The notes under the pieces are model-generated. The model was not told where the DNA came from. It ran no database searches and worked only from the letters and a program-made list of their open reading frames with translations. The position numbers were made by a program, and so were the translations under genes. Positions 46,022-56,382 of a stretch of 64,000 nucleotides of DNA are shown piece after piece (the first letter of the stretch is position 1; each line of letters starts with the position of its first letter). Source of the DNA: an uncultured delta proteobacterium (GTDB taxonomy: Bacteria; Myxococcota_A; Polyangia; Polyangiales; JAFGIB01); contig CAVZVA010000011.1 of assembly GCA_963778655.1 (NCBI GenBank), forward strand, positions 565,365 through 629,364. The letters are read 5' to 3'.

Positions 46022-47674
46022 ATGCGCATCGGCCTCTGCCAAATCGACACCACGGTCGGCGACCTGGACGGCAATCGCCGGCGCAGCCTGCAGGCGGTGC
46101 GTGCGGCCTGCACGCAGGGTGCGGAGCTGGCGCTGCTGCCGGAGCTGACCCTGACCGGCTATCCGCCACGCGACCTGCTCGACCGGCCCGCCTTCGTCAG
46201 CGACAACCTGCGCGCGCTCGAGGCGCTGGCGCGCGAGCTGCCGCGCGAGGCCGCCACGCTGGTCGGCTTCGTGGCGCGCGAGGAGGGACCGCCGCAAGCG
46301 CTGTTCAACGCGGTCGCCCTGGTGCGCGGCGGCGGCGTGGAGCAGGTGTTCCGCAAGCGGTTGCTGCCCACCTATGACGTGTTCGACGAGGACCGCTACT
46401 TCGAGCCGGGCAGCGGCAAGGACGTGTTCGAGCTGGGCGGCACGCGCTTCGGCGTGACCATCTGCGAGGACGTGTGGAACGCGGTCGACAGCCCTCTGCG
46501 GCGCTACTATCCGCAGGACCCGGTGACCGAGCTGGTCGCCGCGGGCGCACAGGTGCTGCTGAACCTCGCGGCCTCGCCGTTCACGCTGAGCAAGCGCGAG
46601 GGGCGTCCAGCGATGCTCGCGGCGATCGCGCGCAAGCACCGCCTGCCGCTGGCGTTCGTCAACCTGGTCGGCGGCAACGACGACCTGCTGTTCGACGGAA
46701 GCTCCGCGCTGTACGGGCCGGACGGCGAAACCTGGGCGGCCGCGCCCAGCTTCGCGGAGCACGTGCTCAGCTGCGAGATCGCGCCCGGCCAGTCCTGCGC
46801 GGCGCGGCCGGCCGGCGACGCGGACGCGGCGCTCGGGGCGCTCGTGTTGGGGACGCGCGATTACGCGCACAAGTGCGGCTTCGAGCGCGCGGTGTTGGGG
46901 CTGTCGGGCGGCATCGACAGCGCGCTGGTGGCCGCGGTCGCCGCTGGCGCGCTCGGCCCGGCCAACGTGCTCGGCGTCGCCATGCCGACCCGCTACTCCT
47001 CACAGGCCAGCCTGGACGACGCGCGCGCACTGAGCGAAGCGCTCGGCATCGGTTTTCGTGTGATCGAAATCGAGCCGATCTTCGAGCGCTATCTGCAGGT
47101 GCTGCGTCCCGCGCTGGCGGGTCTCGGTCCCGCGCCCGCGGACGACACCACCTTCGAAAACGTCCAGGCCCGCATCCGCGGCAACACCTTGATGGCGATC
47201 TCGAACCGCCTCGGCCACTTGCTGCTGACGACCGGAAACAAGAGCGAGATCGCGGTCGGCTACTGCACGCTCTACGGAGACATGGCCGGCGGCCTGGCGG
47301 TGATCAGCGATCTGCCCAAGACCTTCGTCTACGAGGTCGCGCGCGCGGTCAACCGCGGGGCGGGGCGCACGCTGATCCCGCAGCGCGTGTTCGACAAGGC
47401 GCCGAGCGCGGAGCTGCGCCCCGACCAGAAGGACGAGGACAGCCTGCCGCCCTACACCCGCCTCGACCCCGTGCTCGAGCGCCTGATCGAGGACGGCGAG
47501 TCGAGCGAGCAGGTGATCGCCGCCGGTTTCGAGCGCGCGCTGGTGGAGCGGGTAGCCGCCATGGTGCAGCGCAACGAGTACAAGCGCCGGCAGATGCCGC
47601 CAGGCTTGATCATCACGCGCAAGGCGTTCGGCCCGGGGCGCCGCTATCCGATCGCGCAGCGCTATCGGGCGTGA
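46022..47674 (+). CDS. nadE: Glutamine-dependent NAD+ synthetase
   Basis: Nitrilase domain (PEL..GYPP, TICEDVW) + LGLSGGIDS, TTGNKSE, PSAELRPDQ. Confidence 0.96.
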   Translation: MRIGLCQIDTTVGDLDGNRRRSLQAVRAACTQGAELALLPELTLTGYPPRDLLDRPAFVSDNLRALEALARELPREAATLVGFVAREEGPPQALFNAVALVRGGGVEQVFRKRLLPTYDVFDEDRYFEPGSGKDVFELGGTRFGVTICEDVWNAVDSPLRRYYPQDPVTELVAAGAQVLLNLAASPFTLSKREGRPAMLAAIARKHRLPLAFVNLVGGNDDLLFDGSSALYGPDGETWAAAPSFAEHVLSCEIAPGQSCAARPAGDADAALGALVLGTRDYAHKCGFERAVLGLSGGIDSALVAAVAAGALGPANVLGVAMPTRYSSQASLDDARALSEALGIGFRVIEIEPIFERYLQVLRPALAGLGPAPADDTTFENVQARIRGNTLMAISNRLGHLLLTTGNKSEIAVGYCTLYGDMAGGLAVISDLPKTFVYEVARAVNRGAGRTLIPQRVFDKAPSAELRPDQKDEDSLPPYTRLDPVLERLIEDGESSEQVIAAGFERALVERVAAMVQRNEYKRRQMPPGLIITRKAFGPGRRYPIAQRYRA

Positions 47675-47937
47675 AACTGGTCGCTCGCCGGCGGCTGGGG
47701 CGCCGAACGAGCGACGCGGCCCCGCGCAGTCCGCGCGTGCGTGCGACGCGGCGCCCAGCCCCCCGAGCGCGCGCCGGCTGTGCCGCGCGCCTGGGCCGCC
47801 TGCAAACGCAGGCGCGCGCGCCTGCGCCGGTCGGCGCGCAGCGGCACGATGCACCCGAGCTGCAACACGACCGCGATCGACACCATGATCACGTCGTCGA
47901 GCAACCAGCGGCTATGTCTTGGTGTCGATTCCAGCAT
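47662..47937 (-). CDS. Small hypothetical membrane protein
   Basis: One hydrophobic stretch; same strand, just downstream of DUF302 gene. Confidence 0.3.
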   Translation of the reverse strand: MLESTPRHSRWLLDDVIMVSIAVVLQLGCIVPLRADRRRRARLRLQAAQARGTAGARSGGWAPRRTHARTARGRVARSAPQPPASDQFHAR

Positions 47938-47988
47938 GGCGTCACCTAGGTCGAGCGCGCGCCGCGCGCGAAGCCATGCCAAGCCCGA

Positions 47989-48375
47989 TCACAGGCCCTC
48001 GACCACCTCGCGCAGCAGCTCCCTGACCTGTCCGGCCACGGCCGCCAGTCGCGGGTTGTCGATCGCCTGCATGGACGCTACGGGGTCGACCGCGGCGACC
48101 TCGACCATGCCGTCGTCCTGCTGCTGCACGATGACGTTGCAGGGCAGCATGGTACCGACGTGCGGCTCCACACCGAGCGCCTGGTAAGCGAGCTTCGGGT
48201 TGCAGGCGCCGAGGATGGTGTAAGGGCGAAAGTCGACCTCGAGCTTCTTCTGCAGCGTAGCCTTCACGTCGATGGTGGTCAGCACGCCGAAGCCCTTGTC
48301 CTTCAAGCGCGCGGTCACCCGTTCGACCGCTTGGGCGAAGGGAAGCTCGACGCGTCTGGCGAGGTAGTAGCTCAT
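47989..48375 (-). CDS. DUF302 domain protein
   Basis: GFGVLTTIDV..YTILGACNP..MLPCNVIV. Confidence 0.92.
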   Translation of the reverse strand: MSYYLARRVELPFAQAVERVTARLKDKGFGVLTTIDVKATLQKKLEVDFRPYTILGACNPKLAYQALGVEPHVGTMLPCNVIVQQQDDGMVEVAAVDPVASMQAIDNPRLAAVAGQVRELLREVVEGL

Positions 48376-48434
48376 TAGTATTCAGCTACCCCCATGCACG
48401 CCCGTAGCAAGCCGCAGCCGGGGAAAATCCAAGC

Positions 48435-48449
48435 CGAATTGACAATTCG
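48435..48449. promoter_or_regulatory. Palindrome overlapping TTGACA (operator/-35 candidate)
   Basis: CGAATTG-A-CAATTCG. Confidence 0.4.
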
Positions 48450-48590
48450 CAGATCTCGTGGCGGCTTGTCTGGCTCGCGCCTCGCCGCCAGTATCACGGC
48501 ACTGCAATCCACCCACTCATGGCGGAATCGCAAGACCGGCGACGCCGTGGGATCTAGAGCTCTGAGCTGAGGAGCAGACTGGTAACTGAA

Positions 48591-48761
48591 CTAGAGCACC
48601 GAACATATTGAAGCGTGTGCGAAGTCGGGGTCATGGCGGGATGCAGGGTGCGGGCCGGAGCCCGAAGGCGTAGTCCATCCTACGTCGAGCGGGGAGCGCG
48701 CGTGCCATGCGCCCGCGCGGGCCCCGAAATCGTGCGTGTTTCAATATGTTCGGTGCTCTAG
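48591..48761. mobile_element. 171-bp hairpin/MITE-like element (family A, copy 1)
   Basis: Perfect 22-bp terminal IR CTAGAGCACCGAACATATTGAA; homolog at 62804-62974. Confidence 0.85.
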
Positions 48762-49615
48762 GGGCAGCCCGCGGGGGGGGGCGCGCCCATCATGATCCAC
48801 TGGTACACGGCCAGCGTGGTGCGATCATTGGGACCGAGCGGCGCGCCGTAGGGCATGCCCAGCCCGCAGGTCTGGGTGCCGGCGAGCTTGCGGTACAGCA
48901 GCGACGCGTCTGGATTGCTGGGCAGCACCAGGGTCAGGCCCATGCTCGCGCAGTTGCCCTGGGTGGTGACCGCAGTCCTGTTCACCACGTTGTGATAAGC
49001 GGCACAGATGTTGGCCGGGTTGGTGGTGTCGGGATCGCCCAGCAGGAAGCCATTGCCGGCGCCCATATAGCTCGCCGTGCCGTGACACACCGTGCACGTC
49101 GGCGCCAGGCTCATGCTGTAGATCGAGGTCCAATCCGCGCCGCTGGGACCCATCGCAGGCGCGTCGACCACCGGCGCGCCGCAGGCGAGCCAGTTGCGGA
49201 TCGCCTCCTTGTCGGAAGCGGAGAGCACGCCGTGGCCCTTGGGCGGCATGTAGCCGCTCTCGATCTGGCCCCACATCGCTTCGCGGTGCTGGCTCACCTG
49301 CTTGGCGCCGTGGGTGATCTTGGCCAGCTCCAGCGGCGAGTTGTCGAGCGGCACCACGTCGAAGTCGAGCCCCGCAGGCGCGCCCACGCGGGCGTCACCA
49401 ACCGCGTTCACCGAGTGACAGGTTGCGCAATTGTGCTGCACGGCGAGCTGGCCCACCAAGGGCGTGGTGGCCGTCTGCGGGTTGATGTCTCCCAGCGTGG
49501 CCTGGTCGCACTGGCCCACACCGGGCTGACAGCCGGCGCTCAGCAGAGCGGGCGCGCATAGCGCGGCCAAGATCAACGTGTGCTTGCTCGACGACTTGGG
49601 CATCTGGCTCTCCAT
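48758..49615 (-). CDS. Di-heme c-type cytochrome lipoprotein
   Basis: LSAGC lipobox; CATCH and CTVCH; distal MPP and MPY. Confidence 0.85.
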   Translation of the reverse strand: MESQMPKSSSKHTLILAALCAPALLSAGCQPGVGQCDQATLGDINPQTATTPLVGQLAVQHNCATCHSVNAVGDARVGAPAGLDFDVVPLDNSPLELAKITHGAKQVSQHREAMWGQIESGYMPPKGHGVLSASDKEAIRNWLACGAPVVDAPAMGPSGADWTSIYSMSLAPTCTVCHGTASYMGAGNGFLLGDPDTTNPANICAAYHNVVNRTAVTTQGNCASMGLTLVLPSNPDASLLYRKLAGTQTCGLGMPYGAPLGPNDRTTLAVYQWIMMGAPPPAGCP

Positions 49616-51057
49616 CACTTCGTTTCGTCCTTGGCCTGCTTTGCTTTGGCCCCCTCCGCCTTCGCCTTGAGCCGCGCGAGCAGGCGCGGCGCCATCCCCT
49701 CTTTGTTTTCTTGACGCGCGCGCCCGATAGCCAAGGCGTCCGCAGGCACGTCCTGCGTCACGGTCGTGCCGGTCGACACATACGCCCGCTTGCCGACGGT
49801 GACGGGCGCGATCAGCTGCGAATCGCTGCCGATGAACGCACCATCCTCGAGCACCGTGATGTACTTCCCGAAGCCGTCGTAGTTGCAGAAGATGGTGCCG
49901 GCGCCGACGTTGACCTGCTCGCCCACCCGCCCGTCGCCGAGATAGGCCAGATGATTGGCCTTGGAGCCGCGCCCCATGCGCGTCTTCTTGGTCTCGACGA
50001 AATTGCCGATGTGCACGCTCTCGCCCAGCTCCGAGTCGGGCCGCAGGTGCGAGAACGGTCCGACCCGTGCGCGCTCGCCGATCACGCTGCGGGTGGCCAC
50101 GCTGTAGGGCAGCAGCTGGGCGCCGGCCCGCACCGTGACCGTGTCGAGCACGCAGCCGACATCGATGCGCACGTCGCGCTCGATCACGCAGCGCCCGCGC
50201 AACGACACGTTGGCCTCGATCACCACGTCCTGCGCGATCTGCACGTCGGCATCGATGAAGGTGGTCTCGGGGTCGCGCAGCGTGACGCCGGCGCGCGCAT
50301 GCTTCAGACACAGCTGCAGTCGTAACTCGCGCTCGCGCGCCGAGAGCTCTGCGCGATCGTTGACGCCCTGCAGCTCGGCCGCATCCCACGGCAGGTCGAG
50401 CGCGCCGCCCTGGGCTGCGGCCATCGCCACCACGTCGGTGAGCAGCAGCTCGCCCTGGGCGTTGTCGGTCACGAGCCGCGCCACCGCCTGGCGGAAGAAC
50501 GGAGCAGACACGGCGTAGACGCCCGGGTTCCACTCGGTGATGCGCGTCTCCTGCTCGCTGCAGTCCTTCTGCTCGCGAATCGCGCAGACCCGCCCCGCGG
50601 CGTCGCGCACGATGCGTCCGTACCCGGTGGGGTCCGCGCTGGTCGCGGTCAGCAGCGCGAGCGGGGCCTTGCCCTGTCGAGCGCACTGCAGCAGCGCCTG
50701 CAGGGGCCGCGCGCTGATGCGCGCCGCGTCCCCGTAGAAGATCAGCAGCAGCCCGTCGTGCTCGGGCACGGCTTGTGCTCCGCAGCGCGCGGCATCGCCG
50801 GTGCCGCGCTGCTCGGGCTGCAGCGCGGTCTGCACCCGCGCGTCGAAGCGCCGCGCCAGCTCCGCCTGCACCTGGTCGCGGCCGTGACCCAGCACCACCA
50901 CCACGCGCTCGGCCCCGGCTTCTAGCGCGGCCTGGACCGGATAGCTCACCATCGGCCGGCCGAGCAGCGGGTGCAGGACCTTGGGCAGCGTGCTCTTCAT
51001 GCGCGTGCCCTGGCCGGCCGCCAGCACGATCGCCACGAAGCTAGGGGAGTTCGACAT
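49615..51057 (-). CDS. glmU: Bifunctional UDP-GlcNAc pyrophosphorylase/acetyltransferase
   Basis: LAAGQGTRMKS..PKVLH, GYGRIVR, GNFVETK, HLAYLGD. Confidence 0.97.
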   Translation of the reverse strand: MSNSPSFVAIVLAAGQGTRMKSTLPKVLHPLLGRPMVSYPVQAALEAGAERVVVVLGHGRDQVQAELARRFDARVQTALQPEQRGTGDAARCGAQAVPEHDGLLLIFYGDAARISARPLQALLQCARQGKAPLALLTATSADPTGYGRIVRDAAGRVCAIREQKDCSEQETRITEWNPGVYAVSAPFFRQAVARLVTDNAQGELLLTDVVAMAAAQGGALDLPWDAAELQGVNDRAELSARERELRLQLCLKHARAGVTLRDPETTFIDADVQIAQDVVIEANVSLRGRCVIERDVRIDVGCVLDTVTVRAGAQLLPYSVATRSVIGERARVGPFSHLRPDSELGESVHIGNFVETKKTRMGRGSKANHLAYLGDGRVGEQVNVGAGTIFCNYDGFGKYITVLEDGAFIGSDSQLIAPVTVGKRAYVSTGTTVTQDVPADALAIGRARQENKEGMAPRLLARLKAKAEGAKAKQAKDETK

Positions 51058-51072
51058 GCGGGATTCCCTGCC

Positions 51073-52200
51073 TCAGCTCGCCAGTGGACCGAGCAGATAG
51101 CCGGCGACCTCGGCCAGCGATCCGAGATCGTGCACGTCCTGGTCGAGCGCGGGCACCTCGGTATAACTCATGCTGTCGCCCACGTGTCGCCGCAGGCGGC
51201 GTACTCCCTCGCGATCGCGCTCCGCCAGCGCGTTCTGGTCGCGGGCCGCCTGGCGCATGGCGGACAGCAATCCGTCGGCGGCGGTGCCTGCGGGCAGCAG
51301 CCCGCGCAGGGTGGCGAGATCGGGCTCGCTCTGCGGAGGTACCCCCGCGTGCACGCGGTTGACCACCACGGACTCGGGTTGGATGCCGTAGCCGCGCAGC
51401 TTTTTGCTGAAGAACGCGGCCTCCTCGACGGCCTGCGGCGAGGGGCTGCTGATGATCACGAACGCCACGTCGGGCCCGCGCAGGTCGTCATAGACCGCCT
51501 GCGCGCGCTCGCGAAAGCCTCCGAACAGCGCATTGATGTCGGTGAGGAACTGGCCGATCACCTGCAGGAACTCCGCGCCGGTGAACTTCGCCAGCCCGCG
51601 CATCACGAAGGCCGCACCCTTGCCGAGGATGCCGGCGCTCTGCTGCAGCTGCTGCACGAACCAGCGCATCACCGGTGAATCGATCGCGCCCACGAGCTTC
51701 TGCGGCGCATCGAGAAAGTCGAGCGCGTTGGCCGTGGGCGGGGTGTCGAGGACGATGAAGTCGAAGCGCGAGTCGGTGCGCATGGCGTGGAGCTTCTCCA
51801 TGGCCATGTACTCCTGGGTGCCGGCGAGCGAGGTCGAGACGTACTGATAGATACGGTTGGACAGGATGCGGTCGCGCTGCTCGGTCGAGGAGGCGTGGCG
51901 CTCGACCAGCTCGTCGAAGGTGTGCTTCATGTCCAGCATCATCGCCACCAGCGTGCCGCGGCACGGCAGGCCCTGGGCCGCGAACAGGGCGGGCTCGACC
52001 CGCTGCTCCTCGTCATGCAGCGCCGCCAGCCCGAGGCTGTTGGCCAGCCGCTTGGCCGGGTCGATGGTAAGGCACAGTGTGCGCTTTCCGTCCATCGCCG
52101 CGCGCAGGGCGATCGCGGCCGAGGCCGTGGTCTTGCCCACGCCGCCGGCGCCGAGGCACACGATCACCCGGTGCCGTGCGACGACCTCGGAGAGCTCCAT
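51073..52200 (-). CDS. ArsA/GET3-like ATPase
   Basis: GAGGVGKTT, TIDPAKRLA, VLDTPPT. Confidence 0.9.
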   Translation of the reverse strand: MELSEVVARHRVIVCLGAGGVGKTTASAAIALRAAMDGKRTLCLTIDPAKRLANSLGLAALHDEEQRVEPALFAAQGLPCRGTLVAMMLDMKHTFDELVERHASSTEQRDRILSNRIYQYVSTSLAGTQEYMAMEKLHAMRTDSRFDFIVLDTPPTANALDFLDAPQKLVGAIDSPVMRWFVQQLQQSAGILGKGAAFVMRGLAKFTGAEFLQVIGQFLTDINALFGGFRERAQAVYDDLRGPDVAFVIISSPSPQAVEEAAFFSKKLRGYGIQPESVVVNRVHAGVPPQSEPDLATLRGLLPAGTAADGLLSAMRQAARDQNALAERDREGVRRLRRHVGDSMSYTEVPALDQDVHDLGSLAEVAGYLLGPLAS

Positions 52201-52350
52201 GGCCGCGAGTCTGGCCCGGACGGTCTGTGCTTTCCAGACTTGAAATCCGGCCGGCAAGCCGGGTCGAGCGCCCGAGGGCTCGAGTTTTTGGACTCGCCGA
52301 TCGCACACAAGGTAGGCTTTAGTAGTCGTAGTACCTACATTGGAGCAGGC

Positions 52351-52713
52351 ATGAGAGATCGTCGCAACCGCCGCAGCGCGCACTTCAATACCGCCCTGCG
52401 CTACCAGCTCGAGAGCACGCTGCAGCGGGGTCGCATGGCCGCGGTCGCGCTGACCGACCGCACCGGGCTGCTCCTGGCGTGGGCTGGCGAGGACGGCGTG
52501 TGCGAGGAGCTCGGCGCCGTGGCGCCCATGGTCCTGCACGGCTGGCCGCCCGACCTCGAGCCCCGCGCCCTGCCCAAGGACGACGTTGCGGTGCGCGCGA
52601 TCGAGTGCTTCGGGGAGCAGCTGTTCCTGGCCTCGCTGGGCGGCGGGGTCGCCCGCGACGCCCTGCTGGCTCACTCCGCCCGCGGCATCCAACGCATCCT
52701 GACCGCCAACTAG
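52351..52713 (+). CDS. Hypothetical (roadblock-like) protein
   Basis: GGAG SD; AVALTDRTGLLLA. Confidence 0.65.
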   Translation: MRDRRNRRSAHFNTALRYQLESTLQRGRMAAVALTDRTGLLLAWAGEDGVCEELGAVAPMVLHGWPPDLEPRALPKDDVAVRAIECFGEQLFLASLGGGVARDALLAHSARGIQRILTAN

Positions 52714-52768
52714 GGACGCCCCCTAACCCAAGCCGACGCCCCCACCCCGGGCCACGGCCCGGCCGGCG

Positions 52769-52806
52769 TCGTGCTCGACTCGTGCTCGTGCTCGACTCGT
52801 GCTCGC
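52769..52806. repeat. Short tandem (GTGCTC/GACTC)n tract
   Basis: tcgtgctcgactcgtgctcgtgctcgactcgtgctcgc between convergent genes. Confidence 0.6.
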
Positions 52807-52829
52807 AACGCCCGGCCCGCTGCCCGCGC

Positions 52830-53387
52830 TCAGCTCTTCGCTGCCAGCAGCCCGCGGTAGTGGCGCAGCTCGGCGATCGAGTTGCGGATGTCGACCAGGG
52901 CGTCGTGCTCGCCGGCGCTGGGCTTGAGGTACACCGATTCGGCGCCGTACCAGCGCTCGACCAGCAGGCGCACCGAGGTCACGTCGACCATGCGGTAGTG
53001 CAGGTAGCCTGCGAGCGCCGGGGTGTAGCGGTCGAGGAACACGCGGTCCACCCAAATGCTGCTGCCGCACAGCACCGCCGGGTGCTCGCACAGCGCCGCC
53101 ACCCGCGACAGCAGCTGGCGCTGCGCCTCGCGCAGGTCGGTACGGGAGGCGCGCACGCGCTCGATCAGGCCGTTCTTCTCGTGCATCTCGCGCACAAACG
53201 GCGACATGCGCGCGAGCGCGTCGTCGGGCTGCCAGACGTCGCAGCAGTACTCGTCGAGCGGCTGCAAGTCGCGATCGGTCACGATCAGCGCCGCCTGGAG
53301 GATCACGTCGCGCTCGGGATCGAGCCCGGTCATCTCCAGGTCGATCCACGCCAGGTTGCTCGGGTTGCGCATACAGGTCTCCCCCAA
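52830..53387 (-). CDS. orn: Oligoribonuclease
   Basis: WIDLEMTGLD, MHEKNGL, LHYRMVDV, HDALVDIRNSIAELRHYR. Confidence 0.93.
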   Translation of the reverse strand: MGETCMRNPSNLAWIDLEMTGLDPERDVILQAALIVTDRDLQPLDEYCCDVWQPDDALARMSPFVREMHEKNGLIERVRASRTDLREAQRQLLSRVAALCEHPAVLCGSSIWVDRVFLDRYTPALAGYLHYRMVDVTSVRLLVERWYGAESVYLKPSAGEHDALVDIRNSIAELRHYRGLLAAKS

Positions 53388-53419
53388 GCGTATCCGATGA
53401 TGAGCCCCCGAGGGTAGTC

Positions 53420-56248
53420 TCAGTTCGTCACGATGTTGACCATGCGGCCGGGAACCACGATCACCTTCCGCACGGTCTTACCCGCGAGCAGCTCGCGCAC
53501 GCGCGAGTCCTGCAGCGCCAGCTTCTCCAGCGCCTCGGCGCCGGCGTCCGAGGGCACCTGTAGGTGGCTGCGGACCTTGCCCTTGATCGCGATCGGCATC
53601 TGCACGCTGGCGTCCACCAGCAGCGCCGGGTCGTAGTCGGGCCACGGCGCGTGCGCGATCGACGGCCTTTCGCCGATCCGCTCCCACAGCTCCTCGGCCA
53701 GGTGCGGCGCGAACGGCGCGAGCACGCGCAGGAAACGATGGGCCTGCTCACGGGCCAGACCGCCGGCCGTGCCCGCCTCGTTGACCAGCTTGATCAGAGC
53801 CGCGATCGCGGTGTTGAAGGCCAGCTTTTCGATGTCGTCCTGCGCCTTGGCGATGGTGCGGTGCAGCAGCTTTTCGATCTCGGGGTCGGGTGCGTCGCGC
53901 AGGCGCAGGGCGCCGCTGTGCTCGTCCACCAGTAGGCGCCACACCCGCTGCAGAAAGCGGTGCAGGCCGCTGATGTCGCGCGTATTCCAGGGCTTGCTGG
54001 CCTCGAGCGGCCCCATGTACATCTCGTACAGCCGAAAGGTATCCGCGCCGTATTCGGCGATCACGTCGTCGGGATTGAACACGTTCTTGAGCGATTTGCT
54101 CATCTTCGCGGTGACCTGCGCCACCGGTCTGCCGGTGGCCCTCTCCACGAAGCGATTCTCGCCCACCTGCTCGACCTCGTCGCTGGGCAGCAGCGTCTTG
54201 TCCTCGCGCTGATATGCGTGGCTGGTGATCAAGCCTTGATGAAACAGCCGGCGAAAGGGCTCCGGCGAGCCGATGTGACCAAGGTCGAACAACGTCTGAT
54301 GCCAGAAGCGGGCGTACAGCAGGTGCAGCACGGCGTGCTCCGCGCCGCCGACGTACAGATCGACGCCGGTGTCGCCCATGAAGTAGTGCTCGGCGCGCTC
54401 GCCCACGAAGCGCTGCTGGTTCTTCGGATCGCAGAAGCGCAGGTAGTACCAGCACGAGCCGGCCCAGTTGGGCATGGTGTTGGTCTCGCGTGTGACCTTG
54501 GCGCCGGCCGGCAGACCCGTGACGCCCGCCTCGCCGGCGGTGGTGTGCACCCAGCTCTCGGCCTTGGCCAGCAGCGGCCTCGGCTCATCGCTCTCTTCGG
54601 GCTTGAAGTCCGCGAGCTCGGGCAGCTTCACCGGTAGCACATCCGCGCTCACCGGGTGATGGTCGCCGGCTGCGTCGAACACGATCGGGAACGGCTCTCC
54701 CCAGTAGCGCTGCCTGCTGAACAACCAGTCGCGCAGCTTGTAGTTGACCTGCGCCCGGCCCAGGCCTTGCGCCTGCAGCCACGCCGTGATGCGGCGTTGC
54801 GCCTCGGCGGTTTCGAGGCCGTCGAGCGAGATCGAGGCGTTGCTGGAGCTCACGTTGCGCCCAGCGCCGCTGAAGCAGCCCTGCACCGCCACGCCGTCGA
54901 GCGGCTCGACTACGTTGACGATCTCGAGCCCGAAGAGCTGTGCGAACTCGTGGTCGCGCTCGTCGTGCGCGGGCACTGCCATGATCGCACCGTGGCCGTA
55001 GCCCATCAACACGTAGTCCGCGATCCAGATCGGGATCTGCTTGCCGTTGACCGGGTTGCGCGCATACGCGCCGCTCCACACGCCGGTCTTGGTCTTGTCC
55101 GCCTGGCGCTCGAGGTCGCCGCGGTTGCGCGCGCGTTCAACGTAGGCGCGTACGCCCGCAACGTCGGTCTCGGCCGTGGGCGCGTCGAGCAGCGCCTCCA
55201 CCAGCGGATGCTCGGGCGCCACCACCATGTAGGTCGCGCCGAACAAGGTGTCCGGCCGCGTGGTGAAGATGCGCAGGGAATCGATGCCGGCCAGCAGCCG
55301 CACCAGCGCGAAGTCGCACTCCGCGCCCTCGCTACGGCCGATCCACGTCCTCTGCTTGGTCTTGGTCGACTCGGGCCAGTCGAGCTCGGCCAGGCCGCCG
55401 AGCAAGCGCTCCGCGTAGGCAGTGATGCGCAACATCCACTGTTTGAGTGGCTTGCGCAGAACGGGATAACCCCCGCGCTCGCTCTTGCCGTCGATTACCT
55501 CCTCGTTCGCCAGCGCAGTGCCCAGCTTCGGGCACCAGTTGACGACTTGCTCGGCCATGTACGCCAGCCGGTAGCTGTCGAGGATGCGGCGCCGGGTCGG
55601 GGCGTCGAGCTGCTGCCACGGCCCGAAGCGCTCGGCCTTGGCCGCAGGGCTGTGCTCGGTCGCATCGGGGCTCAGCTGCGGCGCGCGCCGGCCACTTTGC
55701 AGTTCCTGCTCGAGCTCGCCGATCGGCCGCGCCTTGCCCTTGTCGGGATCGAAAAAGGCGCCGTAGAGCTGCAGGAAGATCCACTGCGTGAAGCGGTAGT
55801 AGCCCTCGTCGATGGTGGCCAGCTCGCGCTCCCACGCGTAGCACAGCCCAAAGCGCTTGAGCTGGCGGCGGAAGGTGTCGATCGCGCGCCGCGTGGTGAT
55901 GGCAGGATGGACGCCCGTCTGGATCGCGTACTGCTCGGCGGGCAGCCCGAAGGCGTCCCAGCCCATCGGGTGCAGCACGTTGAAGCCGCGCATGCGCTTG
56001 TAGCGGCTGAAGATATCGGTGCCGATGTACCCGACCGGATGCCCCACGTGCAGCCCGGCCCCGCTCGGATAGGGAAACATGTCGAGGCAGTAGAACTTGG
56101 GCTTGCCCGCGTCGAAGCCGGCTTCGCCGGGATTGGGCTGCTCGTAGGTGCGCTGCGTCTGCCAGTAGGCTTGCCAGCGCGCCTCCAGCTGCGTGGCGCG
56201 CGTAGCGTCGTAGCGATGGGCGGGCAGCTCGTCGTCGGCCTCGATCAT
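53420..56248 (-). CDS. leuS: Leucine--tRNA ligase
   Basis: MFPYPSGAGLHVGH, FTTRPDT, GGAEHAVLHLLY, KMSKS. Confidence 0.98.
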   Translation of the reverse strand: MIEADDELPAHRYDATRATQLEARWQAYWQTQRTYEQPNPGEAGFDAGKPKFYCLDMFPYPSGAGLHVGHPVGYIGTDIFSRYKRMRGFNVLHPMGWDAFGLPAEQYAIQTGVHPAITTRRAIDTFRRQLKRFGLCYAWERELATIDEGYYRFTQWIFLQLYGAFFDPDKGKARPIGELEQELQSGRRAPQLSPDATEHSPAAKAERFGPWQQLDAPTRRRILDSYRLAYMAEQVVNWCPKLGTALANEEVIDGKSERGGYPVLRKPLKQWMLRITAYAERLLGGLAELDWPESTKTKQRTWIGRSEGAECDFALVRLLAGIDSLRIFTTRPDTLFGATYMVVAPEHPLVEALLDAPTAETDVAGVRAYVERARNRGDLERQADKTKTGVWSGAYARNPVNGKQIPIWIADYVLMGYGHGAIMAVPAHDERDHEFAQLFGLEIVNVVEPLDGVAVQGCFSGAGRNVSSSNASISLDGLETAEAQRRITAWLQAQGLGRAQVNYKLRDWLFSRQRYWGEPFPIVFDAAGDHHPVSADVLPVKLPELADFKPEESDEPRPLLAKAESWVHTTAGEAGVTGLPAGAKVTRETNTMPNWAGSCWYYLRFCDPKNQQRFVGERAEHYFMGDTGVDLYVGGAEHAVLHLLYARFWHQTLFDLGHIGSPEPFRRLFHQGLITSHAYQREDKTLLPSDEVEQVGENRFVERATGRPVAQVTAKMSKSLKNVFNPDDVIAEYGADTFRLYEMYMGPLEASKPWNTRDISGLHRFLQRVWRLLVDEHSGALRLRDAPDPEIEKLLHRTIAKAQDDIEKLAFNTAIAALIKLVNEAGTAGGLAREQAHRFLRVLAPFAPHLAEELWERIGERPSIAHAPWPDYDPALLVDASVQMPIAIKGKVRSHLQVPSDAGAEALEKLALQDSRVRELLAGKTVRKVIVVPGRMVNIVTN

Positions 56249-56382
56249 GGCGCGCAAGCATAGAGGAGCCCGGGGGGCCTGCAAACCGGCGGGGCCGGAG
56301 GCCGCGGCACGTCAGCTACCGAGGGCTCGGCGGGGCCGGAACCGGACGGAACAGAGCCGGCCGTCGTCGTGCTCGTAGCCGG

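Noticed and set aside
48515..48590. c-di-GMP-I (GEMM) riboswitch
   Set aside because: Only a loose resemblance; lacks GGCAAA and GCAAAGC cores and has no downstream same-strand gene
51073..52200. Arsenic-resistance arsA partnering acr3
   Set aside because: Single-domain GET3-like type in a housekeeping context 40 kb away, without ars genes
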